The position numbers were made by a program, and so were the translations under genes. From a virus (lineage: Duplodnaviria > Caudoviricetes), in the IMG/VR virus record IMGVR_UViG_3300032893_000043, positions 1 through 63,405 of that record: a stretch of DNA of 63,405 bases; one strand, given 5' to 3'. The notes beneath the pieces were generated by a model. That model saw only the letters and a program-made list of their open reading frames with translations. It was not told where the DNA came from and did not search any database. Numbering within the stretch: the stretch's first letter is position 1; each line of letters starts with the position of its first letter. Shown one piece after another: positions 29,675-38,266 of this stretch.

Positions 29675-29958
29675 ATCCCCAGCGCGGTCTTCAGCTCATC
29701 GATTACCTTCTCGGCCGAGTCGCCCCACACCGCGATGCCGCCAGCGCGCTTGATCTCCTGCATGGTCAGGAGCTGGCGCGGCGTCGGTGCCTTGCCTGGC
29801 GCCTTGTACTCGATACCGATAAACCGCCCGCCGACGCAGCACAGATCGTCCAGCGTCGGTGCGCCCATACCCATCTGCACCGGACTGAAACGGTATGCGC
29901 CGATCGACTTGAGGAATTTGCGAACGGGATCGCGCGTATAAGATTCTGGGGTCTTCAT
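29671..29958 (-). CDS. VRR-NUC nuclease
   Basis: GRFIGIEYKAPGKAPTPRQ...IKRAGGIA motif. Confidence 0.85.
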   Translation of the reverse strand: MKTPESYTRDPVRKFLKSIGAYRFSPVQMGMGAPTLDDLCCVGGRFIGIEYKAPGKAPTPRQLLTMQEIKRAGGIAVWGDSAEKVIDELKTALGI

Positions 29959-30659
29959 TTTTTCTTCGCCACAAACCAGTTTTCGCAATCCTGAATATCG
30001 CACCAACCACAGAGACCGGTCTTGTTCTTTGCAAACTCGCCGGTCCTGCGATCGGCCTCGATCTTGTCGACAAGGCGGTTGATCTCTTTCCACGTATCCT
30101 GAAAGCGCGAGAGATCGTAAAGCTGGCCGACGCGGTTTTCCTTGAGCCAGGTATAGTGGCCTTTGACCAGCGTCAGCTCGGGATAGCGCGCCTTGAGCAG
30201 CAGCGCGCCGACTTCGAGCTCGAACGGATCTTCATACTTCGATCCGCCGGTTTTCCAGTCGTTGATGTAACCTTTGTCTCCGCTCAACAGCGACAAATCG
30301 ACCTTGCCCCGGAACCAGCAATCGGCATCCCAATATCCGGTCGGCTGGCCTTTAACGGTGATGCCCAGCTTCTGCTCGACGATGGCGCCGCGGTTGGTGA
30401 ACGGTGAGGCGAACGATTCCCATTGCTGCATCGTCGTCGGCAACGGTTTGCCTGAGCCGACGCGGTGCTCGAAAGCGACGTGCACATCGTCGCCCCACTT
30501 CGCTTCCGGGCTTTGGACATATGGAATGTCTTTCTTGATATAGCGCCGGAACATTGCATGACCGCAGTTCCGATACTGATTGAGTATCGTGAACGTATAG
30601 ACCAGCCGGCGTCGATCTAAAAACGGCGGGATCGTATTTAAGTCGACTTGCGCGTTCAA
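29955..30659 (-). CDS. PD-(D/E)XK Cas4-like exonuclease
   Basis: FRGKVD..NDWKTG motif and C-terminal CGWC..C. Confidence 0.8.
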   Translation of the reverse strand: MNAQVDLNTIPPFLDRRRLVYTFTILNQYRNCGHAMFRRYIKKDIPYVQSPEAKWGDDVHVAFEHRVGSGKPLPTTMQQWESFASPFTNRGAIVEQKLGITVKGQPTGYWDADCWFRGKVDLSLLSGDKGYINDWKTGGSKYEDPFELEVGALLLKARYPELTLVKGHYTWLKENRVGQLYDLSRFQDTWKEINRLVDKIEADRRTGEFAKNKTGLCGWCDIQDCENWFVAKKK

Positions 30660-30663
30660 ATGC

Positions 30664-30679
30664 TTAAGTCCTTGTTAAC
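30664..30679. promoter_or_regulatory. CtrA-box-like site TTAA-N7-TTAAC
   Basis: TTAAgtccttgTTAAC immediately upstream of the exonuclease. Confidence 0.45.
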
Positions 30680-30714
30680 AGGGGCGCACCCATTTCCGAG
30701 CGCGCCCCGCTCGA

Positions 30715-31467
30715 CTATTTCACCATCCGATCGATGCCGAATCCCGGTTCATCCCACACGTCGATGATGAAGCGTCCCTTGCCGTGCGCAACTGCGCTGT
30801 TCGGGATGACTGCCATCAAAAACGGGTCGGGATTGACGACGATGTGAGGCGATGTGGTGTATTCCGTCACCAAAAAGACCGGCTTGCCAGCAGTGAAATT
30901 CTTTTCCACCAAGGCGATCTTCTTGAGGGCGTGCAGCGGCAGAGTACGCGAATAGGCAGGGGACCGCTGAGTGCGCCAGTCAATTGGCGTCGGCGTATGC
31001 TGGCGCATTTGATTATAGTTGCGGAAAGCATGGCTCTCGTAAAAATCGGACGACGTGACCTGCTTTTCGTTGCGGCCATAATGGCGGACAGAGGGGCGCC
31101 CAAACGTCATTTCGACATCGGCATCTTTCGGACGAACTGGGCACCAGTGCCAGCCGAGGCCGGTGGGATTGTCCTTAGCGGCGATGTTGTCCATGTACGC
31201 GACAACCTCTTGGAGATTGAAGGTGGGAATATCGTGCTTCATCAGAAAAACACGAAATTCCTCCACCAGCATATCTTGGTCTGAAATGCCGATTTCCTTC
31301 GCCACTTTTCGATATTCGGCAATGGCAGTCTCCGCCATCTCGTCAGTATCAATGCGCGGCGTAAGTTTCTTCGGTGCCGATTCCATGCGCTGAGCGGGTT
31401 GGTCGTAGACGACAACGCCGCCGTTATCCTTTGCTCCAGTCCATGATGCTAAGTTGAAAAGTGCCAT
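30715..31467 (-). CDS. Hypothetical protein
   Basis: 250 aa, AGGAGG RBS; PDPFL..WDEPGF C-terminus. Confidence 0.7.
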   Translation of the reverse strand: MALFNLASWTGAKDNGGVVVYDQPAQRMESAPKKLTPRIDTDEMAETAIAEYRKVAKEIGISDQDMLVEEFRVFLMKHDIPTFNLQEVVAYMDNIAAKDNPTGLGWHWCPVRPKDADVEMTFGRPSVRHYGRNEKQVTSSDFYESHAFRNYNQMRQHTPTPIDWRTQRSPAYSRTLPLHALKKIALVEKNFTAGKPVFLVTEYTTSPHIVVNPDPFLMAVIPNSAVAHGKGRFIIDVWDEPGFGIDRMVK

Positions 31468-31701
31468 TGTTAGACCCTCCTTCCGGGCCATTGTGGTTGC
31501 AGAACGAACCATTCAACGTAAGTAAGATAGATGTTGACGGCGGCCAGAATGGCGTTGACCACCGCCCACGCGCTTCGTCCCTGGGAATAGGCCCAGGCTC
31601 CGTTCGCTATTGCCGCCAGCATGACCAGTGGGCAGGCGATTCGCATAAACCAAAGCTTGATGATCCAGTTTCTAGGCATCATGTCACCCACTAAGCAGAA
31701 G

Positions 31702-31947
31702 TTAAGCGTTTATCGCTTCCCAAATTTCCAGCGCCGCCTTGTCATCGTCGCTCGTCATGCGGCAGACATCAGCTGCAGTTTTCGCGCCGGCATCTCTGTG
31801 CAAGTTGGCTCGCACGACAGCGATAGCCGCCGCGGCATGACGGGGCGTCGCGAGCGCCCGGAGGATTTTCATGATATCGACCGCCGCCTGATTGGTAGCG
31901 TCGAGTTTCCTTCCCGGCGGATCGCGATCAGAAGCGTGGAATCCCAT
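31702..31947 (-). CDS. Hypothetical protein
   Basis: 81 aa. Confidence 0.5.
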   Translation of the reverse strand: MGFHASDRDPPGRKLDATNQAAVDIMKILRALATPRHAAAAIAVVRANLHRDAGAKTAADVCRMTSDDDKAALEIWEAINA

Positions 31948-32313
31948 AACTTTCTAATCCCCAGTTAACAGATCACACGACGTTGTTTTCGGCTGGATTC
32001 GCCAAAATCTGTTCGGTTTCCCGGATGCGCTTGTCGAGCGTCGAGACCAAATCTTCGCCCATGCCGATGCCCTGGCGCGGTAGCAGATTCAGCACCTGAG
32101 AAATTTTCTCATAAGCCTCGGCTCGCGGCTGCAGATAATCGATCTGTTTTCGCAGCGACACGATTTCCTGCTTACAACGCTGCATCATATCGATAGCTTC
32201 TTTGTCGTGCATGGTGGCTCCTAGTTGTCCGGCGCGCGAGTAGATGTCGGTTTTAACATTTGAAACTATCGCTCTGGCGATAGCGTTCGCGGCAATCTCA
32301 GACGCGCTTTTGG

Positions 32314-32565
32314 TCATGGATTGGCCTTTGCAATTTCTGACCCGTGATGCAGCCCTTCGAGATAGGCCACTGTAATGACCTGCCACAGCTCTAAACACTG
32401 GCCCTTGAAGTTGCGGCGCATATTCTTCTCAACGCTGGGACCAACGATTGACCAAGCAGCCTCGAACTGCTCAATGGTTAAACCCATCTTTGAAAAGTCG
32501 GGGATCGGAACGACCGGCACCGGAGGTCCGAATGCGACAAAGTTGGGCTTCTTGAAATTTGTCAT
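32314..32565 (-). CDS. Hypothetical protein
   Basis: 83 aa, coupled to the downstream ORF. Confidence 0.5.
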   Translation of the reverse strand: MTNFKKPNFVAFGPPVPVVPIPDFSKMGLTIEQFEAAWSIVGPSVEKNMRRNFKGQCLELWQVITVAYLEGLHHGSEIAKANP

Positions 32566-32587
32566 CCGTTAATCTGTGGTTAGTCAG

Positions 32588-32812
32588 TTAGAGTTTTTGA
32601 GCGTCGTGAAGAACCGAAACATGCTTGCCCTCAAAATAATCCGCCCCATCCAATTTGCCCTCAATGACAAACCGGCGCGCCGCGCCGATAACCGGGCTTT
32701 GATAGGCTAGGATTGCATCCTCGGGCAGCTTGCCCTCGCGAATTGACGTATGCAGCCCACAGATGCAGCGGTAGGCGCGCTCAAGTTCTTTCCGAAGATC
32801 AATGTCAGACAT
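32588..32812 (-). CDS. Hypothetical protein
   Basis: 74 aa with GGGG RBS. Confidence 0.5.
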   Translation of the reverse strand: MSDIDLRKELERAYRCICGLHTSIREGKLPEDAILAYQSPVIGAARRFVIEGKLDGADYFEGKHVSVLHDAQKL

Positions 32813-33203
32813 GATTATGTCCCTTTGCGCTCATGGCATCATTTCCTCAATCGCATCCTTGGCCTGCTCAAACGTCCATTCGCCCTCAATCGCTCGTGTA
32901 AGATACCGCAGGGCCTGCTGTGCGTAGGCCGTCTCTATCCTCTCGGCGCGAGCCCATAGACATTCATCTTCGGCCTGTATCGCGGTAAGCTTTCTCAGCT
33001 GCTCCAATGTCATCTGTTAATTTCCAATCAAGCTTTTGGCGGCTCAGATACCAGCGACATTCGTTTGATCGCTTCGATCAAGCAGAGTCGGTCGGTTTCG
33101 TCGTTTGCCGTTTCAAGACGGCGCACGATAAGCTTCACAGCAAAATTGAAGCCCTCGTTCCAGGCTGATGTTTCTTCGGCCGTGCGTGGTTTCAGTTCCA
33201 TGA

Positions 33204-33473
33204 CTAAACTTCCGTGAGTGGAAGTTCTGGCAATGGCATCCAGTGTGTGGTGCCATACAGGGAACGTCCGTTACTGACGTTTTCTTTCCAGCATGCCGGC
33301 CGTGTACCGCCCCACGCTCCGATTGCAATGCTGTACTTTCCAGCGAGCAGAATCCGAGAACCGTCCTTTGGAGCCGTCTCAATCGGCTGCCACTTAAGCC
33401 GTGCCTGCAACTCCTCGATCTCCTTCATCGCATCCGGGAACGCGAAGCTTGTGTGCTCTGTGATCTGTCTCAT
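33204..33473 (-). CDS. DUF551-like small phage protein
   Basis: WQPIETAPKDG...THWMPLPE motif. Confidence 0.7.
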   Translation of the reverse strand: MRQITEHTSFAFPDAMKEIEELQARLKWQPIETAPKDGSRILLAGKYSIAIGAWGGTRPACWKENVSNGRSLYGTTHWMPLPELPLTEV

Positions 33474-33695
33474 GTGGGCTCCGTTAGTGGCCGGTTGCGG
33501 ATGCGTAAGCGTAGAGCGCCACGGCCGTCGCATAGAACGATATGCCGATAGCATCAATCCAGAGACACGCCCGAGGATTGGTATGGAACGTGAGGGATCG
33601 ATAAACCCCCCAGGCTGTGGCGCTCGCAACAAAAGCGGTAAAGAACCAAATCCAAACTGCGAACGTGAGCGGATGTGTCATCTGTTGATCTCGCG

Positions 33696-33929
33696 TTAGG
33701 CATTTCGCTTTGCAGCACGCCGGATGCGGTCGGCGATCTCTTGAGCGAGGCTGGCCTGACATTCCAATTCCTCGTATCGGTCGTAGTGGTCGGGATCGTC
33801 ATCATCGTCGTGAACACGTTTGGCATTGCGCATGATCGAATTAGCCACGCGCTCTGCGATTTTGGCGGCTTCTTCCATCGCCTCGCTACGGGCCAGTTTC
33901 GCCATCTGTCCAGCGGTTTGAATGCTCAT
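33696..33929 (-). CDS. Hypothetical protein
   Basis: 77 aa, EEAAKIAE motif. Confidence 0.5.
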   Translation of the reverse strand: MSIQTAGQMAKLARSEAMEEAAKIAERVANSIMRNAKRVHDDDDDPDHYDRYEELECQASLAQEIADRIRRAAKRNA

Positions 33930-34722
33930 GTGATCTGCTAAATCCTCGTTAAGCGTTTGGTGGGCGCCTACGCAAAGATCTTCGAAAGCGCGGCGGCAAT
34001 CCGTCGACGCGATTTCTTAGGCGCGTCGCTGAGCATGTCAGCGACCGTTTCCAGCAAACTCGCGTCGCTTTCGCTAAGGCCGACAAGCGCGGTCAACGCC
34101 AAACCAACATCGACCTTGTATGCGCGCGATGCCCCGATTTTCTTGGTCTTGCGCGGCTTTTTGATGCGCGCGCCCCCGGCCGGCTTTGCCGGTTCGGCAG
34201 CGGAGCCTGCTACGGCCTTTTTCGGCTTGGTGCCGCGGTTCTTGCCTTTCTTGCTCGTCGAGCCCTTGGCCGGCGTTTCCGGAGGCACAGGCGGCGCGTC
34301 GGGCGACGGCTGGAACGAAGCGAACGGGGCTTGTTGTTCATTGTCCACTGGACTTCTCCTCTTTGCGTTTAAAATCCTGACAACGAAATCGGGCGTCGGT
34401 CTTTTCACCGTAATTGAGCGAAGCGGCATTGCCGCATGTACCGTTCCAATCACCCTCCTTGATCCAAGGGCCTGCGCAACTCTCGCAGCAATTCGGCGGC
34501 CAACGCAACCACGAGGGCCTTACCGCCTCGGCCATGTCTTGCCCTTCCGGCACTCGCTCAGGATCTCGGGTTCCTTGCCGTCCTGGATCTCAACCTCGTA
34601 ATTGCACGAGAACTGAACGTGGCCGGCAACGCGCTGCCGCGTCTTCGGATCAACGACCACTGCCATGTCATTGCGCACGACGTCGCCGCACAAAGGGCAA
34701 GTGTCGGGGAGGGGGTGTTCGA

Positions 34723-36570
34723 TCACTTGACATACCTTTCTGACATCACAGCGTCCGCGTCGAGAGGAATTCCGGGGAGCCAAACAGGTACGCGCTTCAA
34801 CTCGGCTTTGCAAACCTCAAGATGGCGTTCTTCGTTGCCGTCTTTCTTGATCAGCACTACGAGCTCGTCATGCGTCGTCGTCACGATCCGATAACCCATT
34901 GCGATCAAGCGTAGCATACAGTCGGACATGACGACGCGCGCGAGAGCTTGAATTAAATTTTCAACAAGCTTTGCGCCGTAGAGCTTAGACCAGCCTTTGC
35001 GCGTCTTGATACGCCAGTAGGAATCGTCAGTTTCGTTATCTCGATAATACTCAATAGAACCGAATTGTAAAGGGCAACCGTTCGGCAGCCAGATTTTTCC
35101 GTCCTTGATGACGGTTGGCCCCCACTCGATCGGCGGCCCACCGGCAAGACGCGCCAGCATACGCCCGCCAGTTCCCCACAGGTCGACAACGTTTGGATGC
35201 GTATCGCGGTAGGCGCCACGAGCTTTCAAGCCTTCAGCCGACGTCAGAATAATCTTTGCTTTAGTTCGCAGCGTCGCACGAATCTTCTCGCCACCCGATC
35301 CGTAGCCGGCCTGCAGCTCCAGCACCTTGCCGACATTTCTCTCGGTCGGGTGCTTTTCCTTGGTGACAGGAAAACCATAAAATTCGCTGGCGACGTTCAC
35401 ATAAGGATCGCGACCATCGCGGAAATTCTCGATCACGTCCCACTGACCGGCAACGAAATTGAGCAAGCGACACTCGATTTGCGAAGCGTCGATCGCACCT
35501 AGCAAATATCCTTCCGGCGCCAGAATGGCTTCGCGAATATTCAGCCCGCCATCATCCGCGGGAAAGTCCGGGTCGCTCTTTTTAAGATTCTGAAAGTTAC
35601 TTCCGTCTCCACCGGACCACCGTGTTGTATGAGCGCCATACATGCGCAGATAGACGCACAAAGGTCCTCGACGAGCCATCCAGCCCAAGGTCTCGGCGCG
35701 CGTTTGCAGCAGTGTCGACTTGATCCCAAGCCGCGCCTCGGCAAGTGTCCTGATTCGCTCATCTTCGTCCTCCAACAAATCCTGCATGAACGGGTCGGTC
35801 TTGGCGAAAGCCCATATTTGCTTGTCGGGGTTGGTCGGCGACGACTTTTTGCCAGGCTCAATTCCCTCGGCGCGCAGCAGTTCGGCAAACTTGTCGCTCG
35901 ACGACAATTCTTTGGGATCTACACCGAGACTAGCGACGCGCTGCTGCTTGGCATCGTTCTCACTTTTCCAGATGCGCCCCAGCAAGTCCATGTCAGCACG
36001 CAAACACGGCTCGCTGAACATCTTGATGGTCATGTCGATGATCGGCAGCTCGCTGCGCGGAAAGCCTGCCTGGAGCAACATGCCGAATAGCTTCCAAATG
36101 CTCTCGACTTCGTCGCACGCTCCCTCGGCAATTTGTTGCTGCACGTCGTTTGACAACTCGTTCCAATGCTTGCCGTCAAAGGCGCTGTATGGAGTTTTCT
36201 TCGCCGGCAAACCAAACTGTGCGCGTACCGAGTCGAGGCTGACGCCGATGTGATTGCCAAGCAGCAGCCGCGCCATGGCAAGCGTGCAACCAATCATTTT
36301 GGGATGCACGTCGTAATGAAAACTTTCTATGCCGGCGTCAAACTGCGCATGATGGTGCACCATGAAGGTGTCGGACCAATCCTCTTGCGCGAGGATATAA
36401 CGTGCCTGGCGCTCGTCGTACCAGCGTGCGGGCGTGTCGGCGGACCACTTGATGGCGACGCCGTGCGCTTCGAAGCGCTTGTCGCGTAAGTACGCTTCGG
36501 TCGATAATTTCGACAGCGTGAAATCTTTGGAGCTGAAGAACGTCTCCCAGTCGGCAACAACCAATCTCAT
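34723..36570 (-). CDS. DNA polymerase family A with 3'-5' exonuclease
   Basis: DWET and HHAQFD exonuclease motifs; TTRWSG; motif A DASQIECR; motif B RNVGKVLELQAGYG; motif C HDE. Confidence 0.9.
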   Translation of the reverse strand: MRLVVADWETFFSSKDFTLSKLSTEAYLRDKRFEAHGVAIKWSADTPARWYDERQARYILAQEDWSDTFMVHHHAQFDAGIESFHYDVHPKMIGCTLAMARLLLGNHIGVSLDSVRAQFGLPAKKTPYSAFDGKHWNELSNDVQQQIAEGACDEVESIWKLFGMLLQAGFPRSELPIIDMTIKMFSEPCLRADMDLLGRIWKSENDAKQQRVASLGVDPKELSSSDKFAELLRAEGIEPGKKSSPTNPDKQIWAFAKTDPFMQDLLEDEDERIRTLAEARLGIKSTLLQTRAETLGWMARRGPLCVYLRMYGAHTTRWSGGDGSNFQNLKKSDPDFPADDGGLNIREAILAPEGYLLGAIDASQIECRLLNFVAGQWDVIENFRDGRDPYVNVASEFYGFPVTKEKHPTERNVGKVLELQAGYGSGGEKIRATLRTKAKIILTSAEGLKARGAYRDTHPNVVDLWGTGGRMLARLAGGPPIEWGPTVIKDGKIWLPNGCPLQFGSIEYYRDNETDDSYWRIKTRKGWSKLYGAKLVENLIQALARVVMSDCMLRLIAMGYRIVTTTHDELVVLIKKDGNEERHLEVCKAELKRVPVWLPGIPLDADAVMSERYVK

Positions 36571-36917
36571 AGCTCTTGTATCCGCCAAGTTGAGCCCGGT
36601 CCCGGATGGCTGGCCTGGACACGCAGCTGCACATGCGCAATGATTTTGTTGAGACAGCGAATCATGACGTGGACGCTCTGGTTGGCGCATAAGGGCGCCG
36701 CGCCGCCGCGGTAGACCTCCTGCACGATCTCGTTGAGTGTCAGCGGCATGCGCTTTCTATAGAGCGCGCGGAACACGGCGTATTGCCCGAACGACAGCGC
36801 AACCGCCTTGCCGTGACGCATGATGACGCGAAACGAGTCGTCGACCGTGAATGTCAGCGGCGGAAGTTTTTGGCCGCAGCACGGACAATCCGTCGAGGCA
36901 CGCGTTTTGCGGCTCAC
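36567..36917 (-). CDS. Winged-helix (OmpR C-terminal type) regulator with CPCCG
   Basis: VALSFGQYAVFRAL..SVHVMIRCLNK. Confidence 0.65.
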   Translation of the reverse strand: MSRKTRASTDCPCCGQKLPPLTFTVDDSFRVIMRHGKAVALSFGQYAVFRALYRKRMPLTLNEIVQEVYRGGAAPLCANQSVHVMIRCLNKIIAHVQLRVQASHPGPGSTWRIQEL

Positions 36918-37145
36918 AGGTCAAACTTCCCTTGCCGTAGCACGCCGAGCAGCAGGACCGCATACATGATCGCGGCGAGCGCGCAGACGGAGTGCGAGGC
37001 GATGAAATTGAAAATCATAGCCCCACCCCCAAAGCATCGGCCCACACCAGGATCATCGCGACGAAGGCGCCGACCGCCAACAGCGCGAGCACGTCACACG
37101 ACGCGTAGGCAACGAACGCCACGATCTCGTTTTCCTTGGGTATTG

Positions 37146-37409
37146 TCATCTCCAATCCCAATCCTCCACATCCTTGCCGGCGCGCTTGAGCATGTCGACC
37201 GCCAGGCAGATCATCTTGTACCGGCGCCACGCTTTGGGCGTCACCGGGTGCTCGCCCATGGTCTGGCTCGCCGGCACGGTGCCGAGTTCGAAGCGGCAAA
37301 TCGCGGATGGCGAGTAGCCGGTCAGCGCGGCGAGCTGATCCATGGTGATGCCGTGGGCAGCCCGCCACTTTTGCGCGCGCTCGATCTCGGCTTTGCTGAC
37401 TCGGGTCAT
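37146..37409 (-). CDS. XRE-family HTH regulator
   Basis: WRAAHGITMDQLAALTGYSPSAICRFE. Confidence 0.8.
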   Translation of the reverse strand: MTRVSKAEIERAQKWRAAHGITMDQLAALTGYSPSAICRFELGTVPASQTMGEHPVTPKAWRRYKMICLAVDMLKRAGKDVEDWDWR

Positions 37410-37429
37410 TCTTCGTTCACTTCTGGTTC

Positions 37430-37719
37430 GAAATCCCAACAAGGTCAGTTTGCTGGCAACGGACTCTTGGCGCGGCTACAGCGACTATCTGCGCCGCTTC
37501 CCGCACGAGAAAGTTGACCACAGCAAGCACCAGTACGTTGTCGGTGCCGTGCATACGAACACGATTGAAGGCTTCTGGAGCATCTTTAAGCGCGGTGTGG
37601 TTGGCACGTTCCACAAAGTCAGCGCCAAATATCTCCCGCTCTATGCCGCTGAATTTCAGTTCCGCTACAACAACCGCACGAACCCCGATATGTTCGGAAC
37701 GGCGATAGCAGGCTGCTGA
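37430..37719 (+). pseudogene. IS1595-family transposase, C-terminal fragment
   Basis: TDSWRGY..VDHS..YV.GAVHTNTIEGFWSIFKRG..GTFHKVS.KYL..Y..EF.FRYN.R; N-terminal zinc finger, HTH and first Asp are missing. Confidence 0.85.
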
Positions 37720-37796
37720 GGCGAGGTCACTGGTCACCGTCTCAGCTAGAGACGAAAGAGGCCAGCAAACTGGAGCAATTGAAATTGCCTTTTGGA

Positions 37797-37976
37797 TCAT
37801 GGCCATTTCCCCGCAAGGTGAAGAGAAATGCAGATAATAAGGGCAAAAAGTGATGTGACTGCGTAAACAGCAGCCGCTTTTTCCAACTCAAGGCGCAGGG
37901 TCATGACAAACACAGGGACAAGCGCAATGAGCGAGCCTATTGCGACCCTCAAATCAAAGTACGACAACAAGCTCAT
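37797..37976 (-). CDS. Small two-TM protein (possible IS passenger)
   Basis: 59 aa MSLLSYFDLRVAIG...LAGKWP with GGAGG RBS; not in the ORF track. Confidence 0.5.
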   Translation of the reverse strand: MSLLSYFDLRVAIGSLIALVPVFVMTLRLELEKAAAVYAVTSLFALIICISLHLAGKWP

Positions 37977-38266
37977 TCCCGCCTCCCGTTGATGTCGTGA
38001 ACCTTATGACACGCCGTGACGCGCTTGTAAAGAGTAAAATGCAAAACCGGCTAAGTCCCGGATTCCGCTTGACGAAAATATGAAATGGGAACAGTCTGCC
38101 CCACCCGGTTGATGGCGCGCGCACGGCGCCGCGGGCAAAAAGGAAAGCCCCCCGCCAAGCGAATGGCGAGGGGCTGATTGAGGTCCGGCGGACGGACCTA
38201 CGAGCGACAGAGCGACTGCCGCTTGTAGCCTCCCACGACCGGTTCGTCAAGTGGTAGAGGATCGGC

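Noticed and set aside
29955-30659. Cas4-like nuclease as part of a CRISPR system
   Set aside because: It sits in the replication module with helicase, VRR-NUC and SSB, the usual context for phage exonucleases
37417-37806. 129-aa minus-strand ORF as a real gene
   Set aside because: Mostly the antisense shadow of the IS1595 transposase fragment; expression cannot be excluded but is unsupported
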